Counted from the stretch's first letter, positions 22,189 to 33,196 are shown. The stretch: DNA of 64,000 nt from an uncultured Pelagibacteraceae bacterium (GCA_902590365.1 CACIWJ010000001.1:501-64500), one strand, 5' to 3'. The notes: generated by a model from the sequence alone, not told the origin. Numbers and translations: made by a program.

Positions 22189-22497
22189 ATGGAAAAACAA
22201 AATATAAGAATTAAACTAAGAGCTTACGACAATAAAGTCTTGGATCAATCAACAGAAGAAATTGTTAATACCGTTAAAAGAACTGGTGCAAATATCAAGG
22301 GTCCTATTCCTTTACCAACAAAAATAGAAAAGTATACAGTTTTAAGATCACCACATATCGATAAAAAAAGTCGTGAACAATTTGAAACAAGAACTCATAA
22401 AAGATTAATAGATATTATTGAACCAACACCACAAACTGTAGAAGCTCTTATGAAATTAGATTTGGCGTCTGGAGTAGATGTAGAAATTAAGATTTAG
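22189..22497 (+). CDS. rpsJ: 30S ribosomal protein S10
   Basis: [21 protein letters not shown]. Confidence 0.99.
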   Translation: MEKQNIRIKLRAYDNKVLDQSTEEIVNTVKRTGANIKGPIPLPTKIEKYTVLRSPHIDKKSREQFETRTHKRLIDIIEPTPQTVEALMKLDLASGVDVEIKI

Positions 22498-22500
22498 ATT

Positions 22501-23211
22501 ATGAACAACATAGCTTTAATAGGAAAAAAAATTGGAATGACACGTGAATTTTATAAAACTGGTCAGTCCGTTCCCGTAACTGTAATTAAAATGGAAAAAG
22601 CTAGAGTTATTGAAGTTATTGAAAAAGAAAAAAGAGGATATGAGGCAATACAACTTGGTTTTGGAAAAATTAAAAATTCAAAGCTTTCAAAAGCTATGAA
22701 AGGATATTTTGCTAAAAAAAACACAGAACCAAAAAGAAGATTAAAAGAATTTAGAGTAGAAGATATTGAAAACTATAAGGTTGGAAATGAGTTTGGTCTT
22801 GAAATTTTTAAAGATATTAAATTTGTTGATATTAGATCAAAAACAATTGGTAAAGGTTTTGCAGGAGCAATGAAAAGACATAATTTTAGTGGATTAAGAG
22901 CATCACATGGTGTTTCAGTTTCTCATAGAGCACATGGTTCTACAGGCCAAAACCAAGATCCTGGTAAAGTTTTTAAAGGAAAAAAAATGGCAGGCCACAT
23001 GGGAGATAAATTGAGAACTATTCAAAATATCGAAATTATAAAATCGGATATAGATAACAATCTTCTTTATCTTAAAGGTTCAATACCAGGATCAAAAAAT
23101 ACGGAAGTGCTTGTAAAAAAATCAGTGAAAAAAATTTCAAAATTGACAATAAAAGAAAAAATTGAAGTTATAGAAAAATTAAAAAAAATACCTGAAAAGA
23201 AAAAAAAATAG
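22501..23211 (+). CDS. rplC: 50S ribosomal protein L3
   Basis: KIGMT, GKGFAGAMKRH, GKKMAGHMG. Confidence 0.99.
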   Translation: MNNIALIGKKIGMTREFYKTGQSVPVTVIKMEKARVIEVIEKEKRGYEAIQLGFGKIKNSKLSKAMKGYFAKKNTEPKRRLKEFRVEDIENYKVGNEFGLEIFKDIKFVDIRSKTIGKGFAGAMKRHNFSGLRASHGVSVSHRAHGSTGQNQDPGKVFKGKKMAGHMGDKLRTIQNIEIIKSDIDNNLLYLKGSIPGSKNTEVLVKKSVKKISKLTIKEKIEVIEKLKKIPEKKKK

Positions 23212-23213
23212 AT

Positions 23214-23837
23214 ATGAAAATAGAAAAAATTAACATCGATGGAAAAAAAGCATCTATAGAAGTATTAGATAAAATATTTTCAGCTAAAATAAATAAAAAA
23301 TTAGTTAGCAACGTTATTTATAAAACAAATGCAAACTACAAAGGCAGAAAAGCTAAAACTAAACAAAAAAATGAGATAATTGGATCAACAGCAAAAATAT
23401 ATGCCCAAAAAGGAACTGGAAATGCCAGACACGCTAGTAGAAAAGCACCAATTTTTGTGGGAGGTGGTGTAGCACATGGGCCAAAAGGTGAGACAAAATA
23501 TAAAATAAGGAAACTTAATAAAAGTGAAAAAAAGTTAAGCATAGCTTCTTTAATAAGTGAGAAAAATAAAGCAAAAAATTTAATAGTTTTTGATGATTTT
23601 AGTAAAGAGATTAAAAAAACAAAAGAAATGAATACATTGTTAAATAAATTCCAAGCTAAAAATTCACTTATTATATTGGATAAAAATTCGAAAGATAAAA
23701 TTATTAAATCAGCTAGAAATATAGCAACTATAAAAGTTACAGATATAAATCACTTTAGTGCATTTGATATCATAAAATTTAAAAAAGTTATATTCACCGA
23801 AACTGCAATAAAAGAATTGGAAAAAAGATATGCATAA
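23214..23837 (+). CDS. rplD: 50S ribosomal protein L4
   Basis: QKGTGNARH, GGGVAHGPK. Confidence 0.98.
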   Translation: MKIEKINIDGKKASIEVLDKIFSAKINKKLVSNVIYKTNANYKGRKAKTKQKNEIIGSTAKIYAQKGTGNARHASRKAPIFVGGGVAHGPKGETKYKIRKLNKSEKKLSIASLISEKNKAKNLIVFDDFSKEIKKTKEMNTLLNKFQAKNSLIILDKNSKDKIIKSARNIATIKVTDINHFSAFDIIKFKKVIFTETAIKELEKRYA

Positions 23838-24123
23838 TATAAACTTATACGATACAATTTTATCACCAGTTGTTACTGAAAAATCAACTAGTTTATCTGA
23901 ACAAAATAAAATCGTGTTTAAAGTTCCAAAGAATTCTAATAAATTAGTTTTAAAGAAAAATATTGAAAAAATATTTAAAGTTAATGTTATAAAAATTAAT
24001 ATTTTAAATAAAAAATCTAAAAATAAATTTACTAGAGGAAGAAAAGTTAAAATTAAAGGTTATAAAAAGGCAATTATAACATTAAAAAAAGGTCAAAGTA
24101 TTGACCTAACTACTGGAATTTAA
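23830..24123 (+). CDS. rplW: 50S ribosomal protein L23
   Basis: PVVTEKS, YKKAIITL. Confidence 0.97.
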   Translation: MHNINLYDTILSPVVTEKSTSLSEQNKIVFKVPKNSNKLVLKKNIEKIFKVNVIKINILNKKSKNKFTRGRKVKIKGYKKAIITLKKGQSIDLTTGI

Positions 24124-24125
24124 TT

Positions 24126-24962
24126 ATGTCACTTAAAACTTTTAAACCATATACGAAATCTACAAGAGGCACAGTTCTTATTGATAGAGATGGTTTATGG
24201 AAAGGAAAACCATTTAAACCATTAACATCAATCAATAATGCATCTAGAGGAAGAAATAATCAAGGTAGAATTACTTCTAGAAACCATGGTGGGGGTCATA
24301 AGCAAAAGTATAGAATGATAGATTTTTATCGAAGAAAGTTTGATTCTATTGGTGAAGTTGAAAGAATTGAATATGATCCAAATAGATCATGTTACATTAT
24401 GCTAGTCAAATTTGAAGATGGAAAGAAATTTTATTATTTAGCTCCACAAAAAGTTAAAGCAGGTGATAAAATACAAAATGGATCTAATATTGAAATTAAA
24501 ATTGGTAATTGTATGCCTTTGCAAGATATTCCAGTAGGCATTAATATTCACAACGTTGAATTACAACCTGGTGCTGGTGGTAAAATAGCTCGATCCGCAG
24601 GTACGTCAGTGAGTATTTCTGGTGTTGATGGCAACTATTCTTTAATTAAAATGTCCTCTGGTGAAGTAAGAAAAATTAATTCTCGTTGTATGGCAACGAT
24701 TGGAGTTTTATCGAATCCTGACCAAAAAAATATAAAAATTGGTAAAGCAGGGAGGTCAAGATGGTTAGGAATTAGACCTCATACAAGAGGAGTAGTTAAA
24801 AACCCTGTTGACCATCCACATGGTGGAGGTGAAGGTAAATCTGCTGGTGGAAGACATCCTGTTTCACCTACAGGTCAATCAGCAAAAGGATTAAAAACAA
24901 GAGATAATAAAAGAACAGATAAATTTATTGTTAGAAGAAGAAAAAGAAAGAAGAATAGGTAA
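24126..24962 (+). CDS. rplB: 50S ribosomal protein L2
   Basis: [29 protein letters not shown]. Confidence 0.99.
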   Translation: MSLKTFKPYTKSTRGTVLIDRDGLWKGKPFKPLTSINNASRGRNNQGRITSRNHGGGHKQKYRMIDFYRRKFDSIGEVERIEYDPNRSCYIMLVKFEDGKKFYYLAPQKVKAGDKIQNGSNIEIKIGNCMPLQDIPVGINIHNVELQPGAGGKIARSAGTSVSISGVDGNYSLIKMSSGEVRKINSRCMATIGVLSNPDQKNIKIGKAGRSRWLGIRPHTRGVVKNPVDHPHGGGEGKSAGGRHPVSPTGQSAKGLKTRDNKRTDKFIVRRRKRKKNR

Positions 24963-24964
24963 TT

Positions 24965-25285
24965 ATGTCTAGAGCAGTTTGGAAAGGACCGTTTGTAGAA
25001 GAGAGTTTAATAAAAAAAGTAGATAAACAAAAAAATGAAACTAATAAAAAACCAATAAAAACATGGTCAAGAAAATCAACTATAATTCCTGATTTTGTAG
25101 GTGTTAGTTTTTTAATTTACAATGGTAAAAAATTTATACCAATAACAATTTCTGAAGATATGGTTGGTCATAAGTTAGGAGAATTTGCTCCTACGAGACA
25201 ATTTGCTGGCCATACCCCTGCAGACAAGAAAGCAGCTGCTGAAAAAGCTGCATCAACAACTGCGCCTGCTGGAGATAAAAAATAA
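24965..25285 (+). CDS. rpsS: 30S ribosomal protein S19
   Basis: [26 protein letters not shown]; Ala/Lys-rich C-terminal tail. Confidence 0.99.
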   Translation: MSRAVWKGPFVEESLIKKVDKQKNETNKKPIKTWSRKSTIIPDFVGVSFLIYNGKKFIPITISEDMVGHKLGEFAPTRQFAGHTPADKKAAAEKAASTTAPAGDKK

Positions 25286-25287
25286 TT

Positions 25288-25689
25288 ATGGGAAAAAAGA
25301 AAAAAGATAACAAATCTGACAATAAACAAGTTAGATCTATAAACAAAAATGTAAGATCTAGCACTAGAAAACTAAAGCCTATTTTAAAATCTATAGTGGG
25401 AAAAAAAGTTGATGTAGCAATTCGAGATTTAACTTTTTCTGATAAAAGAATATCTAAAGATGTTAAAAAAACTATATCATCAGCAGTTGCGAATGCAGAA
25501 AATAATTATCAATATGACATAGATAAATTAATTGTTAAGGAAGCTTATTGTGGCAAGCAAATTACAATGAAAAGATTTAGACCTAGAGCCAAAGGAAGAG
25601 CTGCACCAATAAAAAAACCTTATTCAAATTTAACGATAATTTTATCTGAAACAAAAAAATTAGAGGAAAAACATGGGTCAAAAAGTTAA
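25288..25689 (+). CDS. rplV: 50S ribosomal protein L22
   Basis: [20 protein letters not shown]. Confidence 0.98.
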   Translation: MGKKKKDNKSDNKQVRSINKNVRSSTRKLKPILKSIVGKKVDVAIRDLTFSDKRISKDVKKTISSAVANAENNYQYDIDKLIVKEAYCGKQITMKRFRPRAKGRAAPIKKPYSNLTIILSETKKLEEKHGSKS

Positions 25690-26332
25690 TCCTGTAGGTT
25701 TAAGGTTAGGTATAAACAGAGGTTGGGACTCTGTTTGGTATGCTAAAAAAAAAGACTTTGGCAATTATTTAATCGAAGATTTCAAAATAAGAGAATACAT
25801 AAGAAAAAATGTTATTAATTCTGGTGTATCAAAAGTGATGATTGAAAGAACATCTAAAAAGTGTTTTGTAACTATTTATACATCTAGGCCAGGTTTTGTT
25901 ATTGGTAAAAAAGGTAGTGATATAGAAAAAATAAAAAATAAACTGTCCGCATTGACTAATAATGAAGTAAATTTAAATATTAAAGAGGTTAAAAAACCAG
26001 AAACTAATAGTTATTTAGTTGCTGAAAATATAGCACAACAACTTGTAAAAAGAATTTCTTATAGAAGAGCTATGAAAAGATCAATGCAGTCAGCATTACG
26101 ACTTGGTGCTAAAGGTATTAAGGTTTCTATTAGTGGTCGACTTGGCGGAAATGAAATAGCTAGAACCGAATGGTTAAGAGATGGAAGTATCCCTTCGCAC
26201 ACTTTAAGAGCTGATATTGATTATGCAGAAGCAGAAGCTTTAACAACATATGGAATTATAGGAATTAAAGTATGGATTTATAAAGGAGAAATTTTCACCA
26301 AAGAATTTAGTCAGGAGACAAATAAAAAATAA
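25673..26332 (+). CDS. rpsC: 30S ribosomal protein S3
   Basis: [31 protein letters not shown]. Confidence 0.99.
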   Translation: MGQKVNPVGLRLGINRGWDSVWYAKKKDFGNYLIEDFKIREYIRKNVINSGVSKVMIERTSKKCFVTIYTSRPGFVIGKKGSDIEKIKNKLSALTNNEVNLNIKEVKKPETNSYLVAENIAQQLVKRISYRRAMKRSMQSALRLGAKGIKVSISGRLGGNEIARTEWLRDGSIPSHTLRADIDYAEAEALTTYGIIGIKVWIYKGEIFTKEFSQETNKK

Positions 26333-26335
26333 TAT

Positions 26336-26746
26336 ATGTTACAGCCAACTAGAACAAAATTTAGAAAAGCTCATAAAGGAAGAATTCATGGCAATGCATC
26401 TAGATGCAACTTTATGAATTATGGTGCATACGGATTAAAAGCAATGTCACCGGATAGAGTTATATCTAAACAGATTGAAGCTGCTAGAGTTGCTTTAACC
26501 AGACATATGAAAAGACAGGGTAGAGTATGGACAAGAGTATTTCCAAATATACCCGTGTCAAAAAAACCTACAGAAGTGCGTATGGGTAAAGGCAAAGGTT
26601 CACCAGAATTTTGGGCATGTAGAGTTAAACCTGGACGAATTCTTTTTGAAATAGATGGTGTTTCAGAACAAATTGCAAAAGAGGCACTTTATAAAGCTTC
26701 TGCAAAACTACCAATTAAAACAAAATTTATAAGAAGGTTCACATAA
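26336..26746 (+). CDS. rplP: 50S ribosomal protein L16
   Basis: [13 protein letters not shown]. Confidence 0.99.
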   Translation: MLQPTRTKFRKAHKGRIHGNASRCNFMNYGAYGLKAMSPDRVISKQIEAARVALTRHMKRQGRVWTRVFPNIPVSKKPTEVRMGKGKGSPEFWACRVKPGRILFEIDGVSEQIAKEALYKASAKLPIKTKFIRRFT

Positions 26747-26747
26747 A

Positions 26748-26939
26748 ATGAAAAAAAAAGAAGTAAAAAAACTTACAAAAGATCAAGCTATTAAAAGTAT
26801 TGATAAACTTAAAAAAGATTTATTTAATTTTCGTTTCCAAAAAATTAATGGTCAATTGACAAGTCCATCAAAAATTAATCAGACGAGAAAAAGTATAGCA
26901 AGACTAAAAACTTTTATAGAAGGGAAGATAAATGCCTAA
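26748..26939 (+). CDS. rpmC: 50S ribosomal protein L29
   Basis: LFNFRFQ...RKSIARLKT; synteny. Confidence 0.95.
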   Translation: MKKKEVKKLTKDQAIKSIDKLKKDLFNFRFQKINGQLTSPSKINQTRKSIARLKTFIEGKINA

Positions 26940-27168
26940 AAAAATACTACATGGCATAGTTGTTAGTGATAAAGAAAATAAAACTATTAAAGTTTTAGTT
27001 GAAAGAAAATATCAACATCCATTATTTAAAAAAGTACTTAAAGGTAAAAAAAAATATAGTGCACATGATGAAAAAAATGAATTTAAAAATGGTGATAAAG
27101 TTTCAATTGTTGAATGTAGACCTTATTCAAAAAATAAAAAATTTGAAGTTTTAGGAGAAAAAAAATGA
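26932..27168 (+). CDS. rpsQ: 30S ribosomal protein S17
   Basis: GIVVSDK, AHDE, ECRPYSK. Confidence 0.98.
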   Translation: MPKKILHGIVVSDKENKTIKVLVERKYQHPLFKKVLKGKKKYSAHDEKNEFKNGDKVSIVECRPYSKNKKFEVLGEKK

Positions 27169-27533
27169 TTCAAGTTCAAACAGAACTTAGTGTAGCTGAC
27201 AATACTGGTGCTAAAAGAATTGAATGTATCAAAGTATTAGGTGGATCTAAAAGACGGTATGCCAGCATTGGGGACATAATTGTTATTGCAGTAAAAGAAG
27301 CTATACCAAAAGGTAAAGTAAAAAAAGGATCAGTACATAAAGCCGTTGTAGTAAGGGTTAAAAAAGGAATACATAGAGATGATGGCTCAAAGGTAAAATT
27401 TGACAACAATGCAGCTGTTTTAATTGATGATAAGGGAGAACCTGTTGGAACAAGAATATTTGGACCAGTTACAAGAGAATTAAGAAATAGAGGACAGATG
27501 AAAATAATTTCTTTAGCACCGGAGGTTTTGTGA
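27165..27533 (+). CDS. rplN: 50S ribosomal protein L14
   Basis: [23 protein letters not shown]. Confidence 0.99.
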   Translation: MIQVQTELSVADNTGAKRIECIKVLGGSKRRYASIGDIIVIAVKEAIPKGKVKKGSVHKAVVVRVKKGIHRDDGSKVKFDNNAAVLIDDKGEPVGTRIFGPVTRELRNRGQMKIISLAPEVL

Positions 27534-27784
27534 TGATTATAAAAAAAGGAAATAAAGTAAAAATTTTAACTGGAAAAGATAAAAACAAAGAAGGAGAAAT
27601 TATTGAATTAGATAGAGCAAGAAATAGAGCTAAAGTAAAAGGCTTAAACATAATTAAAAAACATGTAAAAACAACAAAAGAAAAAAAAGGAGGAATTTTT
27701 GAAAAAGAAAATTTCTTACATTTGTCTAATTTATCAATAATTACAGAAAATAAAAAAACAAAAAAAGCTGAGAGCAAAAAATGA
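27533..27784 (+). CDS. rplX: 50S ribosomal protein L24 (short form)
   Basis: [17 protein letters not shown] motif, HLSNL; ATG overlaps the rplN stop (TGATG). Confidence 0.95.
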   Translation: MIIKKGNKVKILTGKDKNKEGEIIELDRARNRAKVKGLNIIKKHVKTTKEKKGGIFEKENFLHLSNLSIITENKKTKKAESKK

Positions 27785-28335
27785 TACCACGATTGAAAGA
27801 ATTATATAAGAAAGAAATACAAGCTGATTTAAAATCAAAGCTAGGCTTAAAGAATGACCTTATGGCTCCAAGATTAGAAAAGGTTGTATTAAATATGGGT
27901 CTTGGCGTAGACGGAAACGACACAAAAATTTTAAAAACGTGTGAGGAAGATCTATCAAAAATTACAGGACAAATGCCTGTTACTACAAAATTTAAAAAAT
28001 CAATTTCAAACTTTAAAACTAGAAAAGATACAAAAGCTGGTCTTAAAGTTACTTTAAGAAAAGATAAAATGTATGAATTTATTGATAGATTAGTAAATAT
28101 AGCTTTACCAAGAATTAAAGATTTTAGAGGATTATCGGCTAAAGGTTTTGATAAATTTGGTAACTACACTTTCGGTATAAAAGAACATATTATTTTTCCG
28201 GAAGTAAATTTTGATAAAGTAGATAAGATAAGAGGTTTGGATATAACTATAGTTATTTCATCAAGAAATAGAGATCATAGTTATGAACTATTAAAAAAAT
28301 TAAATTTCCCTTTTAAAACGGAAAAAAATAATTAA
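27781..28335 (+). CDS. rplE: 50S ribosomal protein L5
   Basis: [20 protein letters not shown]. Confidence 0.99.
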   Translation: MIPRLKELYKKEIQADLKSKLGLKNDLMAPRLEKVVLNMGLGVDGNDTKILKTCEEDLSKITGQMPVTTKFKKSISNFKTRKDTKAGLKVTLRKDKMYEFIDRLVNIALPRIKDFRGLSAKGFDKFGNYTFGIKEHIIFPEVNFDKVDKIRGLDITIVISSRNRDHSYELLKKLNFPFKTEKNN

Positions 28336-28337
28336 TT

Positions 28338-28643
28338 ATGGCAAAGCTAAGTTCAATTAATAAAAACAATAGAAGAATTAAATTATCAAATAAATTTTAT
28401 TCAAAAAGATTGAAGTTAAAAAAAATAATTATGAATAAAAAATTATCTTTAGAAGAAAGATTTAAAGCACAGCAAAAACTTTCAAAGTTACCAAGAAATT
28501 CTGCAAAAAATAGAGTTATGAATAGATGTCAAATTACAGGTAGGCCCCATGGAGTCTACAGAAAATTAAAAATTTCAAGAATTGCATTAAGAAAATTAGG
28601 TCTTGAAGGAAAAATACCAGGAATGGTTAAATCAAGCTGGTAG
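28338..28643 (+). CDS. rpsN: 30S ribosomal protein S14 (long, zinc-free type)
   Basis: [24 protein letters not shown]. Confidence 0.98.
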   Translation: MAKLSSINKNNRRIKLSNKFYSKRLKLKKIIMNKKLSLEERFKAQQKLSKLPRNSAKNRVMNRCQITGRPHGVYRKLKISRIALRKLGLEGKIPGMVKSSW

Positions 28644-28659
28644 AAAGGATAATAAAAAT

Positions 28660-29055
28660 ATGAGTTTAAGTGACCCAATAGGAGATATGATAGCTAGAAT
28701 TAAAAATGCACAAATGAGAAACCATAAAAAAGTTGAGATACCATCATCTAAATTTAAAACCAAGATAGCTGATGTTCTTAAAACTGAAGGATTCATAGTT
28801 GATTACAAGATAAATATGGAAACAAATAAACCTATATTGTTAATAAATTTAAAGTACAATTATGGAAATCCAGTAATTAGTACAATTGAAAGAATTTCAA
28901 AACCTGGAAGAAGAATTTTTTCAAGCGCCGAAAGTTTGCCAAAAATAAATAATGGTCTTGGAATTGCAATAATATCAACACCAAAAGGAGTCATGACAGA
29001 TGTTGACGCAAGAAAACAAAAAATAGGTGGAGAAATAATTTGTAAGGTATTTTAA
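28660..29055 (+). CDS. rpsH: 30S ribosomal protein S8
   Basis: MSLSDPIGDMIARIKNA; AAGGA SD upstream of ATG 28660. Confidence 0.98.
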   Translation: MSLSDPIGDMIARIKNAQMRNHKKVEIPSSKFKTKIADVLKTEGFIVDYKINMETNKPILLINLKYNYGNPVISTIERISKPGRRIFSSAESLPKINNGLGIAIISTPKGVMTDVDARKQKIGGEIICKVF

Positions 29056-29594
29056 TGTCAAAAATTGGAAAAATAAATATATCTATTCCTGAAAAAGTTA
29101 AAGTTGCTTTAACTGGTAATAATATAAATATTGAAGGACCGTTAGGTAAAAAGTCTTTAAATATAGATTTAAAAACTTTTGATCTAGATATAAAGGATGG
29201 AAAAGAAATTTCAATTAAACCAAAAAAAATTGATCAAAATACTAAAAGATTATGGGGAATGAATAGAAGTCTTTTAAATAATGCTATTATAGGTACAAGT
29301 AAAGGTTATGAAAAAACTTTGGAATTAGTAGGTGTTGGATATAGAGCTGCACTAAAAGGAAAACAATTAAATTTACAGTTAGGGTTTAGCCATGATGTTA
29401 ATTATGACATACCAGAAAGTATTAAAATTTCTGTAGAAAAACAGACAATTTTAAAAATTAGTGGTCCAGATAAACAAGAAGTTGGAACAGTTGCGTCTGA
29501 AATTAGATCATTTAGACCACCAGAACCATACAAAGGAAAAGGCATTAAAGAAAAAGGCCAATATATTTTAAGAAAAGAAGGTAAGAAAAAATAA
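29055..29594 (+). CDS. rplF: 50S ribosomal protein L6
   Basis: [23 protein letters not shown]. Confidence 0.99.
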   Translation: MSKIGKINISIPEKVKVALTGNNINIEGPLGKKSLNIDLKTFDLDIKDGKEISIKPKKIDQNTKRLWGMNRSLLNNAIIGTSKGYEKTLELVGVGYRAALKGKQLNLQLGFSHDVNYDIPESIKISVEKQTILKISGPDKQEVGTVASEIRSFRPPEPYKGKGIKEKGQYILRKEGKKK

Positions 29595-29947
29595 TGAAAT
29601 TATCCACATCAGCAAGAAAAAAATTTAGAGTTGGTAACAAATTGAAAAAAGTTGCAAACTCATCAAGGTTTAGGTTAAGTATTTCTAGATCAGCAAAAAA
29701 TATTTCTGCTCAAATAATTGATGATAATAAGCAAAAAACATTATTTTCTGCATCTTCTAATGAGAAAGAGGTTAGAGGATTAAAAAAAAATAAAACAGAG
29801 CTTTCAGTATTAGTTGCGGAAAAATTAGCAAAAAAAGCTCAAGAAAAAAAAATAACAAAAATTTTTTTTGATAGAGGTATATATAAATATCATGGACGTG
29901 TAAAAGTTTTTGCTGAAACATTAAGAAAAAACGGGATGGAATTTTAA
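29594..29947 (+). CDS. rplR: 50S ribosomal protein L18
   Basis: [18 protein letters not shown]. Confidence 0.98.
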   Translation: MKLSTSARKKFRVGNKLKKVANSSRFRLSISRSAKNISAQIIDDNKQKTLFSASSNEKEVRGLKKNKTELSVLVAEKLAKKAQEKKITKIFFDRGIYKYHGRVKVFAETLRKNGMEF

Positions 29948-30451
29948 ATGTTAGATAAAAATAACGATATACTAGAAAAACTAGTTCATATAAATAGGAT
30001 TACTAAAGTAGTAAAGGGAGGAAGAAGATTTGGATTTTCTGCTCTTGTTGTAGTGGGAAACAAAAATGGAAAGATTGGTATTGCTCACGCTAAAGCAAAA
30101 CAGGTTCCAGATGCAATTAAAAAAGCAAATGATTTGGCAAAAAGAAACCTTATTCAAATACCATTAAGAGAAGGTAGAACTATTCATCATGATATTTATG
30201 GCAAAGATGGAGCTGGAAAAATTAAATTAAGAGCAGCACCAAAAGGTACTGGAATTATAGCTGGAGGACCTGTGAGAGCTGTATGTGAAGTTCTTGGAAT
30301 TAAAGATATAGTTGCCAAGTCATTAGGAACGGCTAATCCACATAATGTTATAAGAGCATGCATTAAAGCTTTAAAAATGCAAACTTCACCAAAACAAATT
30401 TCTAATATTAGAAATAAAAAAATATCAGAGATAATAGAGAAAAGAGGGTAA
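29948..30451 (+). CDS. rpsE: 30S ribosomal protein S5
   Basis: KVVKGGRRFGFSALVVVG, GTGIIAGG. Confidence 0.99.
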   Translation: MLDKNNDILEKLVHINRITKVVKGGRRFGFSALVVVGNKNGKIGIAHAKAKQVPDAIKKANDLAKRNLIQIPLREGRTIHHDIYGKDGAGKIKLRAAPKGTGIIAGGPVRAVCEVLGIKDIVAKSLGTANPHNVIRACIKALKMQTSPKQISNIRNKKISEIIEKRG

Positions 30452-30903
30452 TGATTAATTTAAGCTCAACTAATCCAATTAAAGAAAAAAAAATTAGACC
30501 AGGAAGAGGCATAGGTTCAGGTAAAGGTAAAACTTCTGGACGCGGTCATAAAGGTCAAAAATCAAGAAGAGGTGTTGCTATTAAAAGTTTTGAAGGTGGT
30601 CAAATGCCTTTATATAGAAGACTCCCGAAAAGAGGTTTTAATTCAATTAAAAAAATTGATATAGCCAAAGTAAATGTAGGAAAAATTCAATTTTTTATTG
30701 ATAAAAAAAAAATTAAAGTTAATGAAAAAATTAATTTAAATTTACTAAAAAAAATAAGTTTGATAAATCAAAAATCTCACAAAGTTAAAATTTTAGCAAA
30801 TGGTGACATAAAAGATAAAGTGGATATTGAAGTTGATTTTATTTCCAAATCAGCAAGAGAAAAATTAGACAAAACAGGTAGTACTGTAAAAATATTAAAG
30901 TAA
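30451..30903 (+). CDS. rplO: 50S ribosomal protein L15
   Basis: GRGIGSGKGKTSGRGHKGQ, FEGGQMPLYRRLPKRGF. Confidence 0.99.
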   Translation: MINLSSTNPIKEKKIRPGRGIGSGKGKTSGRGHKGQKSRRGVAIKSFEGGQMPLYRRLPKRGFNSIKKIDIAKVNVGKIQFFIDKKKIKVNEKINLNLLKKISLINQKSHKVKILANGDIKDKVDIEVDFISKSAREKLDKTGSTVKILK

Positions 30904-32184
30904 ATGAGTTCGAGTTTACAATCAAATGATTTAAGAAATAGAGTTGTATTCACAATATTTATTTTAGCTATATATAGACTTGGAACTTTCGTACCTCTGC
31001 CAGGCATAGATCCGGCACAACTACAAACTTTAATGGAAGGTAATCAAAAAGGATTATTAGGTATGTTTAATGTTTTTGCAGGTGGCGCAGTTAGCAGGAT
31101 GGCAATATTTGCACTTGGTATAATGCCTTATATTTCATCATCTATTATAGTTCAATTGTTAACTGGAGTTTCTGAATATTTTAAAAATTTAAAAAACCAA
31201 GGTGAAATTGGACGGAAAAAAATTACACAAATAACTAGATATGGAACAGTATTGCTTGGTACAATACAAGGTTATGGGCTAGCTGTTGGTTTAGAGTCAT
31301 CAGCTAATTTAGTTATCAATCCAGGAGTTTTTTTTAAAATTTCAACTGTTACTACAATAGTAGCAGGAACAATTTTTTTAATGTGGTTAGGAGAACAAAT
31401 TACCCAAAGAGGCATTGGAAATGGAATTTCTTTAATTATATTTTCAGGAATTGTTGCTGAGATACCAAGGGCCTTAGTAACAACTTTCGAATTAGGTAAA
31501 ACTGGTGCAATTTCTGGATTTATAATTTTTTTAATTTTTATAATATTAATAGCTACTATTTTATTTATTGTCTTTATGGAAAGAGCATTAAGAAAAATTT
31601 TAATTAATTATCCAAAGAGACAAATGGGAAATAAAATTTATGGTGGGGATTCATCTCATTTGCCTTTAAAAATAAATTCTGCAGGTGTTATACCAGCAAT
31701 CTTTGCTTCTGCACTTTTATTATTGCCAGTAACATTTTCAAATTTTAATCTTTCAGATAATGAAGTATTTTTAAATATTTCTTCTTATTTTACACAAGGA
31801 CAACCGTTGTATATGCTATTATATGCATCAGGGATAATTTTTTTTACTTTTTTTTATACTTCAATTGTTTTTAATCCTACAGAAACTGCTGAAAACTTAA
31901 GAAAGTATGGTGGATTTATACCCGGTATTAGACCTGGAGAAAGTACTGCTATTTATATAGATAACATACTTACTAAACTTACAACAATTGGTGCCTTATA
32001 TTTAACGGCTGTATGTTTGCTGCCTGAATTTTTAATTGCAAACTATCCAATACCATTTTATTTAGGTGGAACTTCAATATTAATTGTTGTTGTTGTAGCT
32101 ATTGATACAGTAACACAAGTTCAAACTAGGTTAATGAGTTCTCAGTATGAACAATTAATTAAAAAAACTAAATTTGGAAAATAA
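30904..32184 (+). CDS. secY: Preprotein translocase subunit SecY
   Basis: ALGIMPYISSSII, GIGNGISLII, IPGIRPG. Confidence 0.99.
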   Translation: MSSSLQSNDLRNRVVFTIFILAIYRLGTFVPLPGIDPAQLQTLMEGNQKGLLGMFNVFAGGAVSRMAIFALGIMPYISSSIIVQLLTGVSEYFKNLKNQGEIGRKKITQITRYGTVLLGTIQGYGLAVGLESSANLVINPGVFFKISTVTTIVAGTIFLMWLGEQITQRGIGNGISLIIFSGIVAEIPRALVTTFELGKTGAISGFIIFLIFIILIATILFIVFMERALRKILINYPKRQMGNKIYGGDSSHLPLKINSAGVIPAIFASALLLLPVTFSNFNLSDNEVFLNISSYFTQGQPLYMLLYASGIIFFTFFYTSIVFNPTETAENLRKYGGFIPGIRPGESTAIYIDNILTKLTTIGALYLTAVCLLPEFLIANYPIPFYLGGTSILIVVVVAIDTVTQVQTRLMSSQYEQLIKKTKFGK

Positions 32185-32187
32185 AAA

Positions 32188-32751
32188 GTGAATCTAATTC
32201 TGTTTGGTCCTCCTGGTGCTGGCAAGGGTACACAAGCTAAATTTTTAGTAGAAAAATTAAATAGTTTTCAAGTATCTACAGGTGATATGTTGAGAGAGGA
32301 AATTAAAAAAGATACAGAAATTGGTAAAAAAATTATAAATAATATGAATGATGGTAAATTCGTTCAAGATGAAATAGTAAATAAACTTCTTGAAAAAATA
32401 ATATTTGACTCGAATAAAAAGAATAAGTTAATTTTTGATGGTTACCCCAGAACTATAAATCAAGCTAAAAATCTAGAAATTTTATTGAATAAGTCTAATC
32501 AAAAAATAGACTATATTTTTTTTCTTAATGTAAAAAAGGATACAATAATAAAAAGAATTGAGAGAAGAAAAATTTTAGAAAAAAGATCAGATGATGACTC
32601 TAATACTATTTTAAAAAGATATGATATTTACATGCATGAAACTAAACCAGTTTTAGATTTTTATGCTTCAAAAAAAGGATTTTATGAAGTTGATGGAAGC
32701 CTAAATATTGAGCAAATAACCAATAAAATAGATGATATTCTTAAACTTTAA
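32188..32751 (+). CDS. adk: Adenylate kinase (short LID)
   Basis: GPPGAGKGTQA, STGDMLR, DGYPRT, RSDD; GTG start. Confidence 0.97.
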   Translation: MNLILFGPPGAGKGTQAKFLVEKLNSFQVSTGDMLREEIKKDTEIGKKIINNMNDGKFVQDEIVNKLLEKIIFDSNKKNKLIFDGYPRTINQAKNLEILLNKSNQKIDYIFFLNVKKDTIIKRIERRKILEKRSDDDSNTILKRYDIYMHETKPVLDFYASKKGFYEVDGSLNIEQITNKIDDILKL

Positions 32752-32755
32752 TCCA

Positions 32756-32783
32756 TTGACTTTAAAAGATCTTCTTATATAAA
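32756..32783 (+). promoter_or_regulatory. Putative alpha-operon promoter
   Basis: TTGACT-N16-TATAAA in the 56-bp adk-rpsM gap. Confidence 0.55.
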
Positions 32784-32807
32784 AGGCTAAATTTATTCTC
32801 AGAAAAT

Positions 32808-33191
32808 ATGGCTCGTATAGCAGGTGTAAATATACCACAGAACAAAATAGTTGAAGTAGGACTTACATATATACATGGTATTGGGGGTAAATTTTCAAAA
32901 CAAATTTGTAAAGATCTTGAAATTCCTAAAGCAAAAAGGGTTAATGAGTTAACTGACGAACAAATTTTAAAAATTAGAGAATATATTGATAAAAATTTTA
33001 CCGTAGAAGGTGATTTACGAAGAGAAACTTCACTAAGTATAAAAAGATTAATTGATCTTGCATGCTATAGAGGATCCAGGCATAGAAAAAAATTACCCGT
33101 TAGAGGACAAAGAACAAGATGTAATGCAAGAACAAGAAAAGGCAAAGCAATAGCTATAGCTGGAAAAAAATTAACCCCACTTAAAAAATAG
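32808..33191 (+). CDS. rpsM: 30S ribosomal protein S13
   Basis: [18 protein letters not shown]. Confidence 0.99.
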   Translation: MARIAGVNIPQNKIVEVGLTYIHGIGGKFSKQICKDLEIPKAKRVNELTDEQILKIREYIDKNFTVEGDLRRETSLSIKRLIDLACYRGSRHRKKLPVRGQRTRCNARTRKGKAIAIAGKKLTPLKK

Positions 33192-33196
33192 ATTTA

